The translations under genes and the position numbers were made by a program. DNA of 64,000 nt, from assembly GCA_963759245.1 (NCBI GenBank), contig CAVWYN010000003.1:896672-960671 (forward strand). Direction: 5' to 3'. The stretch comes from Vulcanimicrobiota bacterium (lineage in GTDB: Bacteria; Vulcanimicrobiota; Vulcanimicrobiia; Vulcanimicrobiales; Vulcanimicrobiaceae). How positions within the stretch are numbered: position 1 is the stretch's first letter; every line of letters starts with the position of its first letter. The notes under the pieces are model-generated. The model was not told where the DNA came from. It made no database searches and saw only the letters and a program-made list of their open reading frames with translations. Shown here piece by piece: positions 27,004 through 36,950 of this stretch.

Positions 27004-28680
27004 TCACCCTCCGGAAGCGATCGGCGGAGGCACTGCCCGCAAGGCGATCGCAAGTTCGTTCGCGAGCGCTCGGTGGACGCGGCGCCCGGTAACGCGTCCC
27101 GAACAGGCGTAGGCGCGTTGCTTCGACCGCTGATTTCCACACTTAGCGAGGATCGCGACCGCAGCGTCGATGCATTCCTGCGCCGCCGATCGGTTGCCAA
27201 GCCCATCGAGCGCCTCAGCCTGAATCCGCAGCGCATCTCCAGCGATGCGTTGGGGACGCCCGGGTTGCTCGCGTGTTTGGACGAGCCGAGCCAACGTGAG
27301 AGCCGAGTCAAACCGTCGCAACGCCAGATGCGCCTCCGCGGCCGCAATCTCAGTTGCCGCCCTACTCACTCCGCCGACGTCGACGCTGCCCGCAAGCGAG
27401 GTAAGTTCCAGAGCGCCTCCGGCGTTTCCGCAGGCGAGTTCTAGCGCAGCCATGCTGAGACAAGCATAGACCCAGACTTGAGCGCTGCCGATCGCTTTTG
27501 CGGCGTGCATTGCGGAGTTGCCGGCAATGCGCCCCTCCGGCAGATTGCCTGCCATGACGAACGACTCGCACAGATAGCACAAGGCGACGGGAAGCATCCC
27601 GGTGACCTGGGCGTTCGCCATGATGGCGACGGCCTCGCGCAAGTACTCGAGCGACCTTGCCATGCGCCCGTCGACATACCATTGGCTCAAGCCGAGGCTA
27701 ATCAAGAGCTCCCCGGAGAGGTCGGGCGGCTTATGCGCCATGCGATCGAGGATGCGACCCGCCTCGCCCAACCGTTTCAGTGCAGAGTCTGAGTTTTCTT
27801 CAACCGCGAGAGCGAAGGTGGCAGACCGCAAGAACGCCGTCACTGCAATGCGCGACGCCTCGGGTTCGCCGCAAGCACTGATACGCGCAGCGCCGCGCGC
27901 TGCGTGGTCGCAGGCGGAGCGCGTAGCCGTCAGGTCGCCGGCAGCCCACGACTGCATCGCTCGCCCGAGTTCGAGCTCGGTCGAAACGATCAACTCGTCG
28001 TGAGTGTCACCCAGGGATGCGCCGGCGCGGCGCGCCTCCGCGAAGAATTCTCGGCTCTGCGCAGCGTCGCCGCCGTCTGCTGCGAGCTCCACTCCCAGGC
28101 AGCAGGCGCGAACGTAGTCCCGGGCGCTCGTCGTCGCTCGGAGGATCGACTCGAGCAGCAGGAATGCCGCCGGCATATCGCCGACGCGCGTCAGATTGAC
28201 GACGCGATCGAGATCCAACTCAAATGCGGCCGGCACTCTCAGGACCGCTTCGGATGGTCGCGCGAGTTCCGCTCTCACCAAGGCCGCGAGCCGTTCCATT
28301 GCGCGGCGCCGTTCGCGATAGAACTCGCGCAGCGAGATTCCAAGGTCGACGGCAACGGCCGAGTGTTTCTCGCGCCGGACGTCGCAGCGCTCCAGGATGG
28401 AGCGTTGACGCGAGCCATGCAGCGCAGCCGCGGCATCGGTCTCGAGCGACGCAATCGAGGCAAGTACGATCGCCTTGATCCGCAGCGCGATCATTCGGCC
28501 ATCGAGCTCGCCGCCGTCGACTCCCGGGACGCCGGCAAAACATCGCGCGACGAGGTCGTTTTGGCGAAGGCGGCCAGGCAGGTCGAGGTTGCGCAGAAGA
28601 TGGCTCATCGCTAGAGAATCTCTGGACCTGACTCCCCTCGCCGGGGTGCCATCCGGATCGGTCGTAGGCAAGCGAGACAT
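27004..28680 (-). CDS. putative regulator: sigma-70 region-4-like HTH + long helical-repeat (TPR-like) domain (paralog 3)
   Basis: LGISLREFYRERRRAMERLAALV matches the ISRRQFFRERR segment of 45940-47451 and 49329-50843. About 400 aa of Ala/Leu-rich repeats follow. Start could be 28680 or 28608. Confidence 0.5.
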   Translation of the reverse strand: MSRLPTTDPDGTPARGVRSRDSLAMSHLLRNLDLPGRLRQNDLVARCFAGVPGVDGGELDGRMIALRIKAIVLASIASLETDAAAALHGSRQRSILERCDVRREKHSAVAVDLGISLREFYRERRRAMERLAALVRAELARPSEAVLRVPAAFELDLDRVVNLTRVGDMPAAFLLLESILRATTSARDYVRACCLGVELAADGGDAAQSREFFAEARRAGASLGDTHDELIVSTELELGRAMQSWAAGDLTATRSACDHAARGAARISACGEPEASRIAVTAFLRSATFALAVEENSDSALKRLGEAGRILDRMAHKPPDLSGELLISLGLSQWYVDGRMARSLEYLREAVAIMANAQVTGMLPVALCYLCESFVMAGNLPEGRIAGNSAMHAAKAIGSAQVWVYACLSMAALELACGNAGGALELTSLAGSVDVGGVSRAATEIAAAEAHLALRRFDSALTLARLVQTREQPGRPQRIAGDALRIQAEALDGLGNRSAAQECIDAAVAILAKCGNQRSKQRAYACSGRVTGRRVHRALANELAIALRAVPPPIASGG

Positions 28681-28786
28681 CGCGCAGGACCGTTCGCCCC
28701 GAGACCGAGTCACGCATCCAGCGGAAGTGGTGCCTGCCGAGCCGAACCTTACTCTCTTCCCCCAGTACTCTCGGAGGCAGAAAATC

Positions 28787-29335
28787 ATGCTTCGTATCAT
28801 TTTTCTTGGAGTGGTAGCCGTAGTCGTTGCAATCGTCGCGCCAATCAGCGTTCAGGCTCAGCCGGCCGCAACGTCAGACTCGGACTACTTGGCAAAGGTT
28901 ATGACCGCCGCGCCGGCGCCCGTCGTTAAAGGTGCGACGATCGTCCAGATGCAGAAAGACGGCACCATGCGGACCCTTCAGAAAGGCTCGAACGGCTTCA
29001 CCTGCATGGTCGCCGCTGACAATTCCATGTGCTTAGACAACAACGCCATGCAATGGGCGCACGCGTGGATGACGCACGCGACTCCGCCCGATAGCGTCGG
29101 CTTCGTCTATATGTTGTCGGGTGACAACGGCGCAAGCAATACCGATCCGTTCGCGACCGCGCCGGCCGACGGTAACCATTGGGTAAAAACCGGACCCCAC
29201 GTGATGATCGTCGGGCCCTCTGCTAAAACGATGGGCTACCCGATGACCGCCGATGCCGATCCAACGAAGCCGTATGTGATGTGGGCCGGCACGCCATACG
29301 CGCATTTGATGATTCCGGTAGCCTCTCCACCGTAA
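28787..29335 (+). CDS. secreted protein of unknown function
   Basis: ATG 28787 with GGAGG 9 nt upstream and signal peptide MLRIIFLGVVAVVVAIVAPISVQA. The ORF-track 5' extension was rejected. Confidence 0.55.
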   Translation: MLRIIFLGVVAVVVAIVAPISVQAQPAATSDSDYLAKVMTAAPAPVVKGATIVQMQKDGTMRTLQKGSNGFTCMVAADNSMCLDNNAMQWAHAWMTHATPPDSVGFVYMLSGDNGASNTDPFATAPADGNHWVKTGPHVMIVGPSAKTMGYPMTADADPTKPYVMWAGTPYAHLMIPVASPP

Positions 29336-29394
29336 TTCAGCAAAAAGGAGGCCGAGCGCGGTTGCGCTCGACCTCCTTGCTTGATTTAGGATCC

Positions 29395-30450
29395 CTATGG
29401 AACGAGAGTTGGCGTGACGGCCACGCCGTACGGAAACCCAAGCCCGGAGATGCTCTTTTCCGGCGAGCCGCCAATCGGGTAGCGATACTCATTCGAGCCG
29501 TGGATGCCGGGATCGACCGTGTAGAGATTGGCGCCTGACGCCAGGAACGCGAATCCCTCGGGGGTCTGCGACCCAGTGAGCGTGGTGGTCGAAACGGAGC
29601 TTCCGAGAGAGCCTTTTGTGGGCTGGTTGTACGTGAAGATCGTAAAAGCGCTCGCAGAGTTGTCGTAGTCGAGGAGGGCGATCCGATTCGCCTTGTCGAT
29701 TTCGACACCGCCGCCCCACGTGAGGGCGTTGGCGGTCGTGAGTAGTGCGATCTTCTTTGCTTTGCAACCGCCGGTGATTTCGCCCACAACGTCTTTAGCG
29801 CTCGAATTGTTTCCTTCGATGAAGAGATCGCCTGCAGCGTCGAATGCGCCGTATCTCACCTGCGTAAAGTTCGTCGCATCGCTGACCGTCGCGCACGCGG
29901 TCGTCGAGTTCTTTGCATACAACGTGACGCTGCCTGGGCCGCAGGTTGGATAGCTGCACTGATTCGCGACGGCGACGACGCCATGGCGCGAGACGGCAAC
30001 GTCCACCGGGATATAGCCCGGATCGGTGAGCGTCGCCTTCGCCCCCTTCGTGTAAGGTGGCCCGTAGACGGTAACATCCAAGTTGTTGACTTGGACGACG
30101 TATAGGTTCCGCGCGGTATCGGTCGCGAGACCCTGTGGGGCATTCAGCTTGGTTATTTGCCCAACCATCTTGTTCCCGGCACTCTGCAAGTAGATATTGA
30201 CGACGCCTCCATTGAGGTCGGAGACGAAGACGAGCGGCTTAGCCACGGCATCGGGATCCATGAAGCTGGGCGTCGTCACCTCGCGGCCCGGAATGATGGC
30301 CGTGTAGGCGGGACGACCGCTGTTATTGATGCGACTGCTTTGCGCTTGCAGGGGCGGAGATATTTGCGACGAGCCGCTCGAGCAACCGGCTAGCATCGCG
30401 AGTGCGGCGGATGCGCTGAGCGCATAACCGGCCGCGGAATAGATACGCAT
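29395..30450 (-). CDS. beta-propeller-like lipoprotein, subfamily B
   Basis: ATG 30450 with GAGGAG upstream. Lipobox MLAGCSSG. Blade-like repeats (NLYVVQVNNLDVTVYGPPY..., VTLYAKNS..., FTIFTYNQP...). Confidence 0.65.
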   Translation of the reverse strand: MRIYSAAGYALSASAALAMLAGCSSGSSQISPPLQAQSSRINNSGRPAYTAIIPGREVTTPSFMDPDAVAKPLVFVSDLNGGVVNIYLQSAGNKMVGQITKLNAPQGLATDTARNLYVVQVNNLDVTVYGPPYTKGAKATLTDPGYIPVDVAVSRHGVVAVANQCSYPTCGPGSVTLYAKNSTTACATVSDATNFTQVRYGAFDAAGDLFIEGNNSSAKDVVGEITGGCKAKKIALLTTANALTWGGGVEIDKANRIALLDYDNSASAFTIFTYNQPTKGSLGSSVSTTTLTGSQTPEGFAFLASGANLYTVDPGIHGSNEYRYPIGGSPEKSISGLGFPYGVAVTPTLVP

Positions 30451-30630
30451 AGGACGAGTTCTCCTCAAAAAGGGTTGAAAAAACTGCGATGTTCTCGGCA
30501 AAGCAGAGCGTGCGCTTCCTGGGTTGGGGCTCTTGCCACCATTCGATGCCGTCAGCGTGCTGTTATCATTGTCTGCGTTCGGAGAGAAGAAATCCAGGTA
30601 CACCCGTGCAAATATCCGTGCAAATCCATA

Positions 30631-33159
30631 ATGGAAGCTGCAGCTCGACCACACTTCGGGGCACTGCTGAGGCAGTTTCGGCTCGATGCCGGAATGACGC
30701 AGCAAGAGTTAGCTGAGCGGGCGAATCTGAGCGTCGAGGCCATCAGCCTACTGGAGCGCGGCGCCCGGACGCGGCCTCAACGGGAGACGGTGGTCTTACT
30801 GGGACGCGCGCTCGACCTGTCGCCTAAGCGGAAGGCGCTCCTGGTAAACGCCATCGGAATCGCGCACCCATCCCGCCAACGCGCGAACAGTGAGGCATTG
30901 AGTGCATCGCTGCTGCAACTCGTGCGTCCCGACACGATAGCGACCGCGAGGAATAATCTCCCACAGCAATTGACGTCATTCGTGGGGCGGCAGCGCGAGC
31001 TCGGAGAGATCGAAGCGCTCCTTCGCGAGCACCGGCTAGTCACCGTCGTGGGTTCCGGCGGAGTCGGCAAGACACGGGTTGCGGTGCAGCTGGGAAGCAG
31101 CTTGCTCAATGGTTTCCCGGACGGTGTGTGGCTGGCAGACCTTGCGCCACTTGCGGACGCAACGCTAACGGGAAGCGTAGTCTTGACCGCCCTGCAACTT
31201 GCGTCCGGCACTGGATCAGCGTTAGACGTTATCGTCGCGAACCTCAAGGCCCGACGACCGCTGCTGATCCTGAACAACTGCGAGCACGTGATCGTTCAGG
31301 CGCGTGACGTCGCGGCCCGCATCGTCGAGTCGTGCCCATACGTGCGCGTCTTGTCGACCAGCCGGGAAGCGCTGGGGGTCGCCGGCGAGCGCGTCTATCG
31401 CTTGCCGTCGCTTGCGGCTCCCCCCGATTCGCGCGGGAGTGCGCGAGACACTTTGCCGTATGACGCAGTCGAGCTCTTCGTGGATCGCGCGCTTGCGGTT
31501 AACGCCTACTTCGCTTTGAGCGACGACAACGCGCCGGATGTTGCCGAGATATGCCGCCGGCTGGACGGCATCCCGCTCGCAATCGAGCTCGCCGCCGCGC
31601 GCGTGAACGTACTCGCGCCTCGCCAGATCGCTCGGCGCCTCGACCAACGCTTCCATCTTCTCACCGGCGGGGACTCAAGAGCCTTGCCGAGGCACCAGAC
31701 GATGACCGCTCTCATGGACTGGAGCTACGACCTGCTGACGGCGCGCGAACAAAGGTTCTTCGAGTCGCTTTCGATCTTTGCCGGCGGCTGTACGATCGAC
31801 GCTGCGACGACAGCCTGCGCCGCCGAGGGGGAAGGCGAAATCCAAATAGTCGACCTCGTCGCGTCGCTCGCGACGAAGTCGCTGCTGGTAGCCGAGTTAA
31901 CCGGTAACGAGGAGCGCTATCGCCTCTTAGAATCATCGCGGCAATACGCGCGGGAGAAGCTGGCGGCGCGCGGTGAGCTGGACAGCGTCGCGCGGCGCCA
32001 TGCGCTCGTCTACGTAGAGTTAGCCGAGCAGCTCGAACGCGCGTGGGGAACGACGCCCGATCGTGCGTGGCTTCCACAAGCGCAAGTGGAGTTAGAGAAC
32101 TGGCGCGCCGCCTTGGAGTGGGCGCTCGGGAAACGTGGCGACGTCGTCTTGGGGCAACGTCTGGCCGCTGCCCGAACGGTGCGGCGTACCTTCACGCTTG
32201 CCGAGGGACGACGCTGGGTGCGAGCTTCACTTGAATTGGTCGATCGGCTCACGCCGCCAGCTCTGGTGGCGCGGCTCGAACAGGCTGAGGCGGATGCCGC
32301 TGGGGAGCTCGGTGAACACCAGGTTGCATTGGCCGCGGCCGAGCGGGCTCTGGCACGGTATCGCCAGCTGGGTGACATATTGGGCAGCGCTCAGGCGCAA
32401 GACTCGGCAGCGGGCTCGCTCGTGCTTTTGGGGAGACCCGCGGAGGCGGAGCCGATGCTGCGCGAAGCCTTGGAGGCGGCGCGCACCCTGGGCGATCGCC
32501 GGTTAACCGCCAGGGCCTTACAGAAAATCGGTTGGATCGAGTCCGCTGCCGGTGATTTCGCCGGGGCTCGCGTCCACCTTACCAAGGCGCTCGCGATGGC
32601 GCAGGTACTCGGGACCGAGTCTTTCGCCGCGTCCGTAGCCGTAAGTCTTGCAGACAACGAGTTTCGCGCCGGCGACTGTGAAGCGGCGCTGCGACTCACG
32701 GCGGATTTGGTCGCGAACTCCAGCTCGCTGAGCGCGTCGCCAATCATCGCCGTTGCGCTCGTCAACATGGCAGCGTATCTCATCGCGTTAGGTCGATACG
32801 ACGAGGCGCGAGTGAACGCAACCGATGCACTCGAGCGCGCTCGGGCGCTCCGGGTGGTCGTGTTAGTGGATCTGTCGCTACTACATCTTGCCCTGGTAGC
32901 CGTTCTGAAGCCGGACATCGAACGCCGAAGATCGTCGACGAAATACGTGGCAGCGGCTCGGCTATTCGGATTCGTCGACGCTCACCTTGCCACGATGGGA
33001 GGGATCGGCTACTCCGGCTTGCAGCGCGAATACGATCGCGCGCTCGCCGTGCTGCACGACGCGATCGACGCGGGGGATCTCGTGCATCTGATGGCCGCCG
33101 GCGCGATCATGATCGAAGACGAGGCAATCGACCAAGCGCACGCGATCGATCGAATGTGA
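30631..33159 (+). CDS. STAND-class regulator: XRE-type HTH + NB-ARC-like P-loop NTPase + TPR
   Basis: HTH LRQFRLDAGMTQQELAERANLSVEAISLLERG, P-loop VVGSGGVGKTRVA, Walker-B-like LLILNNCEH, then a long TPR-like C-terminus. ATG at 30631. Confidence 0.8.
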   Translation: MEAAARPHFGALLRQFRLDAGMTQQELAERANLSVEAISLLERGARTRPQRETVVLLGRALDLSPKRKALLVNAIGIAHPSRQRANSEALSASLLQLVRPDTIATARNNLPQQLTSFVGRQRELGEIEALLREHRLVTVVGSGGVGKTRVAVQLGSSLLNGFPDGVWLADLAPLADATLTGSVVLTALQLASGTGSALDVIVANLKARRPLLILNNCEHVIVQARDVAARIVESCPYVRVLSTSREALGVAGERVYRLPSLAAPPDSRGSARDTLPYDAVELFVDRALAVNAYFALSDDNAPDVAEICRRLDGIPLAIELAAARVNVLAPRQIARRLDQRFHLLTGGDSRALPRHQTMTALMDWSYDLLTAREQRFFESLSIFAGGCTIDAATTACAAEGEGEIQIVDLVASLATKSLLVAELTGNEERYRLLESSRQYAREKLAARGELDSVARRHALVYVELAEQLERAWGTTPDRAWLPQAQVELENWRAALEWALGKRGDVVLGQRLAAARTVRRTFTLAEGRRWVRASLELVDRLTPPALVARLEQAEADAAGELGEHQVALAAAERALARYRQLGDILGSAQAQDSAAGSLVLLGRPAEAEPMLREALEAARTLGDRRLTARALQKIGWIESAAGDFAGARVHLTKALAMAQVLGTESFAASVAVSLADNEFRAGDCEAALRLTADLVANSSSLSASPIIAVALVNMAAYLIALGRYDEARVNATDALERARALRVVVLVDLSLLHLALVAVLKPDIERRRSSTKYVAAARLFGFVDAHLATMGGIGYSGLQREYDRALAVLHDAIDAGDLVHLMAAGAIMIEDEAIDQAHAIDRM

Positions 33160-33167
33160 GCCGCCTC

Positions 33168-33812
33168 TCATCGATTCCAAAAGAAACTTCCGAGGTTAAA
33201 AAGCACGTGGACGACCACCGCCGGTACTAAACTGCCGCTTCGGGCGCGCAATTCTCCCGCCAGTACTCCCAAACAGAGCGCGGCGATCGCAGTAAACGCC
33301 GCGACCTCGAGATGAACGAGGCCGAAGACTACCGCCGTAGCAAGCGCTGCATGTGAGATGGAAAGGCGACCAAACGGCACACTGCCGCTCCAGTACCGCG
33401 CAACCGCGGTTTGAATGAGTCCTCTGAAGATAATCTCTTCCTGAATCGGAGCGCACAGGCCAAAGAACAGCAGCGCCTTCCAGAATGGGATGACGAGTCC
33501 GCTGAGCGGTCCCGCCGAACCGAAGCGATGATCGAGCCATGTCAAAGCAAGCGCGGCCGGGACGCCAATAATAAACGCCCAAATCACATACCTGCGAGCC
33601 GAGGGCGCAAATCCAAAGCCCGTCCACGTGTATCCAGCCCACTTACGAAGAGAAGCCATCAGTCCAAGCGCAATCAGCGTGCTGATGACGATGATCGCCG
33701 GTACGCTCGTCTCAAGCGATGCGTGCATCGCCCCGACGATGAGAAACGTCGGCACGTAGGTCACGAGAAGCAATCCGAGACAGGCTCCGATTGCGCGCAG
33801 TGAAGCACTCAT
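33168..33812 (-). CDS. CPBP-family intramembrane glutamic endopeptidase
   Basis: APIQEEIIFRG motif 1, FGLVH motif, HVLFN motif, and a multi-TM profile. Confidence 0.8.
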   Translation of the reverse strand: MSASLRAIGACLGLLLVTYVPTFLIVGAMHASLETSVPAIIVISTLIALGLMASLRKWAGYTWTGFGFAPSARRYVIWAFIIGVPAALALTWLDHRFGSAGPLSGLVIPFWKALLFFGLCAPIQEEIIFRGLIQTAVARYWSGSVPFGRLSISHAALATAVVFGLVHLEVAAFTAIAALCLGVLAGELRARSGSLVPAVVVHVLFNLGSFFWNR

Positions 33813-33896
33813 GGCGGTTCTCCTATAGGAGGCATGGAGCGAAACACAGAACGCCTGAAAACCGAAACACAGACTCTCGTTGTGGAGGTGCTGGGC

Positions 33897-34889
33897 GTGA
33901 AGGTTTCTCTCGTTGCATCATTCGCAGTCGTTGTATTGGCCGGATGCGGCAATGGCGTCGCGACGCAATCGCCGAGCGCAGTTACAAATATGAGCGCCCA
34001 CGGGACGCCGTCGCGTTCGTGGATGGACCCAACGGCCAAGGCAGAGAATCTTGTGTATCTCTCCACGTTCCCATTCCAGGGACGCCCCGACATCGAGGTC
34101 TTCTCCTGGGGGAAGCGCGAGTTGGTTGGAACCCTGACGGGGTTCGTCGCCCCGCAATACTTGTGCTCCGACAAAGCGGGAGACGTTTTTATTCCCGACG
34201 GCGGCACGTCGCAGATCTTTGAGTATGCGCACGGCGGCACGAGCCCCATCGCCACCTTACACGACACCGGCCATACGCCGCGCGCATGCTCCGCCGACGG
34301 GGTTACGGGGGACCTTGCCGTCGTCGACTCTGGGTCCGGCACCGGTGATGTCGCGATTTATCGAAATGCCTCGGGCAACCCGACGCGGCACATTAACACT
34401 CACTTCACAACATACGAATTCTGCGGCTACGACGATGCGGGCAACCTGTTTGTCGATGGAACGAACCATTTGGAGCACTTTCTATTCGCCGAAATCCCTA
34501 AAGGCAGCAGGTTCTTGACGGTTATCGACCTGGGTGGACACGTCCTAAAACCCAGCGCGGTCCAGTGGGATGGGAAATATATGGCGGTCGGCGACGAGGT
34601 GGGCAACATGGTGTACGAATTTACAATAGCCGGATCGACCGGCACGCTTCAAGGTAGAACCGATCTCGAACGCGGGGAGGGCCCGATTCGCCAATTCTGG
34701 ATACCGAAGTTCGGGAACGGTAAAGTGAATCCACAAGGTACGCATATCGTTGCGACACAGTACAACTTTTCTCGATTCGACGCCGGCGACTTTGGTTTTT
34801 GGGACTATCCAGCCGGGGGCGGGCCCAGGCATTTGATCGTGGGCCCGGACCACCCAGACGGCGTGACCGTCAGCATAGCCACGAAATAG
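33897..34889 (+). CDS. beta-propeller-like lipoprotein, subfamily A
   Basis: GTG 33897 with GGAGG upstream. Lipobox VLAGCGNG. IFEYAHGGTSPIATL and QWDGKYMAVGD are colinear with the paralogs. Confidence 0.65.
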   Translation: MKVSLVASFAVVVLAGCGNGVATQSPSAVTNMSAHGTPSRSWMDPTAKAENLVYLSTFPFQGRPDIEVFSWGKRELVGTLTGFVAPQYLCSDKAGDVFIPDGGTSQIFEYAHGGTSPIATLHDTGHTPRACSADGVTGDLAVVDSGSGTGDVAIYRNASGNPTRHINTHFTTYEFCGYDDAGNLFVDGTNHLEHFLFAEIPKGSRFLTVIDLGGHVLKPSAVQWDGKYMAVGDEVGNMVYEFTIAGSTGTLQGRTDLERGEGPIRQFWIPKFGNGKVNPQGTHIVATQYNFSRFDAGDFGFWDYPAGGGPRHLIVGPDHPDGVTVSIATK

Positions 34890-34907
34890 AGCCGTGAAGA
34901 CTTCGCC

Positions 34908-36950
34908 ATGAGGCGGGTTGCATGGCGCCCGCTGCTCCTGACGATTTGCGCTCTTGCCGCGCTCGTCCAGGTAGCGGGCGTAGTCGACGCGACCGGAATC
35001 GGCGGCGCTCCACCGTGGCTGGGCTGGTGGGGAGCCAATGCCGGCGGTTCCTCGACCCCTTTTAATCTCGCGATTACTTCGGTCCAACCGGACGGGCCGG
35101 CTGCCTATGCCGGCCTCCGTCGAGGCGACCTCGTGGACGTCCGTGCGAACAGCCTTGCCGAGCGTTACTCCCTTTTCCAAGTGCCGCTCAACGGACGATC
35201 TCTCATCCTTTCAGTGCACAGGGGTTCGCTGCAAGAAAAGCTTACGGTCAGACCGCGAGCGCTAAAACTTACGTGGAGCTTCTGGCTCAACGCGTTTGCG
35301 GCTTTCTGGCTGCTGCTGTTTGCCGCTCTGATTGCGTGGCGCGGCGCCGACATACCCCAGATGCGACTGCTATCGCTGTGGATCGCGGCGTTTGTTCTTA
35401 CCGGCTCCTTACTCGGTTTCGCGGTCCCCTGGGCCTGGCTGGACGTTCTCTTGAATATCTGCGCAAGCGTAACTGCGCCGCTGTCGGTGGCGTTGTTGGC
35501 GGCGTTTGCAAGCGGCTTCGCCCAACCTATCTCGCGGCTTCGTCGTATCGCGCAATGGCTGTGTTACACGTTCCTCGCGATCCTCACCGCGATCTCCTTA
35601 GTTGGGATTGGCGGAGTTGTCACGCTGCGGTTCGATCCGGTTCCTTTCGTTGAAGGGACCGCGGGGCTATTTACGGCTGCGGCCGCGGTCTTCATGGCGG
35701 TGCTCTGCGGCCTCCTGGCAATCGCCGCATCGCGCGGCGTCGAGCGCCAGCGAGCGGTATGGACGCTCGTGCCGCTTGCAGCATTTTTTTGCTTTTTTAT
35801 AGCGCAGGTGATCGCAAGCTCGTCGTCGGCATCCTACGCCGACTCGATCGTCGTTGGTCTTGTCAGTACTCTGGTCTTACTCACCGCGCCGGTTGCGCTG
35901 ACCTACGCGGCGCTGAGCCGCCGGCTGATCGACGTCGGCTTCTTTTTGAACCGCGCCGCCGTCTTCACGATCGTTTCGGCGATTGTGATCGGGGCATTCA
36001 TTCTGGCCGAGTGGGCTGCCAGTGCCTGGCTCGCCAGCACCACCCACACTACCAGCGCAATCGTCGGCATGGTCGTGGCGCTCGGCCTCGGCATATCGCT
36101 GCGATACATCCATCGCTACGTCGAGCGATTCGTCGATCGGGTTTTTTTCCGCAAGCGACACGAGGATGAGGCGGCGTTACGCCGCTTCGCGCACGAGGCG
36201 TCCTATATCTCCGGCCGATCCACGCTGCTCGATAGGGCGGTGGACACGGTCAGGCAGCACACGAGCGCGGACGACGCGGCAATTCTCGTTCGCAACGGCA
36301 CGGCGGCATACGCTTTCGCGGCGAATGGCGAGCGGGCGGAGGTCGGCGAAAACGATCCGGGCATCATCGCGCTGCGCGCGTGGAACAAGCCAATCGACCT
36401 GCACCTGTTTCCTGGTTCGCGGCTGCGCGGCGAGTTCGCGTTCCCCATGACCTCGCGCGGCGACCTTGTCGGCGCGCTCATCTGCGGGCCCAAGCGCGAC
36501 GGCGAGTCCTATGCGCCCGACGAATCCGAGGCCTTGCTGGCTCTCGCACACGGGGTGGGGACTGCGCTAGACACCCTGTCGAGCCAAAGCGATGGCGTCA
36601 TAGAGTCGATACGAGAGACGCAAGGGCTGATGCTGCAAGAGCTTCAGAATCTTCCGCGTGCGATCGTGAACGCGTTGCGCGAGGAGGGCGAATTTGGAAA
36701 AGGGCAGCTAGCCGGCGATAACCTGCGAACGCGAGGCGCCGTGCGTGACTTCGCGGAGCCGCTGCATCGATTTGCTCGGGATCTTGATTCGATCGGCAAG
36801 TCGCAAAAATGCGAGGATCCTAATGTGCCACCACGTCATATCGATCTCAAACCAGCGCAGACCGTGGCGCGCCGAAAACGGAAAGGCGTGATGATTGTTA
36901 TGCCAGCCTTCGCCCCACGATATGAGCGCGACCCACCAGCAGTTAGTTGA
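34908..36950 (+). CDS. membrane sensor-like protein: PDZ-like + polytopic TM + C-terminal GAF-like domain
   Basis: PDZ-like VQPDGPAAYAGLRRGDLV, about 8-10 TM helices, and a GAF-like C-terminus colinear with the 56959-58830 paralog. The last ~75 codons overlap the convergent desaturase and look non-native. Confidence 0.6.
   Translation: MRRVAWRPLLLTICALAALVQVAGVVDATGIGGAPPWLGWWGANAGGSSTPFNLAITSVQPDGPAAYAGLRRGDLVDVRANSLAERYSLFQVPLNGRSLILSVHRGSLQEKLTVRPRALKLTWSFWLNAFAAFWLLLFAALIAWRGADIPQMRLLSLWIAAFVLTGSLLGFAVPWAWLDVLLNICASVTAPLSVALLAAFASGFAQPISRLRRIAQWLCYTFLAILTAISLVGIGGVVTLRFDPVPFVEGTAGLFTAAAAVFMAVLCGLLAIAASRGVERQRAVWTLVPLAAFFCFFIAQVIASSSSASYADSIVVGLVSTLVLLTAPVALTYAALSRRLIDVGFFLNRAAVFTIVSAIVIGAFILAEWAASAWLASTTHTTSAIVGMVVALGLGISLRYIHRYVERFVDRVFFRKRHEDEAALRRFAHEASYISGRSTLLDRAVDTVRQHTSADDAAILVRNGTAAYAFAANGERAEVGENDPGIIALRAWNKPIDLHLFPGSRLRGEFAFPMTSRGDLVGALICGPKRDGESYAPDESEALLALAHGVGTALDTLSSQSDGVIESIRETQGLMLQELQNLPRAIVNALREEGEFGKGQLAGDNLRTRGAVRDFAEPLHRFARDLDSIGKSQKCEDPNVPPRHIDLKPAQTVARRKRKGVMIVMPAFAPRYERDPPAVS

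Noticed and set aside
25682-27142. ORF-track N-terminal extensions of several genes (25682-27142, 29395-30705, 30475-33159, 58754-59545, 28475-29335, 43785-44357, 3180-3821)
   Set aside because: In each case an internal ATG or GTG, preceded by a GGAGG-type RBS and followed by a signal peptide, lipobox or the start of the conserved domain, gives a better model. The extensions are Arg/Ser-rich and overlap neighbouring features.
30631-33159. STAND NTPase as an Avs-type antiphage defence gene
   Set aside because: The N-terminal domain is an XRE-type HTH rather than a nuclease, protease or other effector. The architecture matches transcriptional STAND regulators, and no other defence genes are adjacent.
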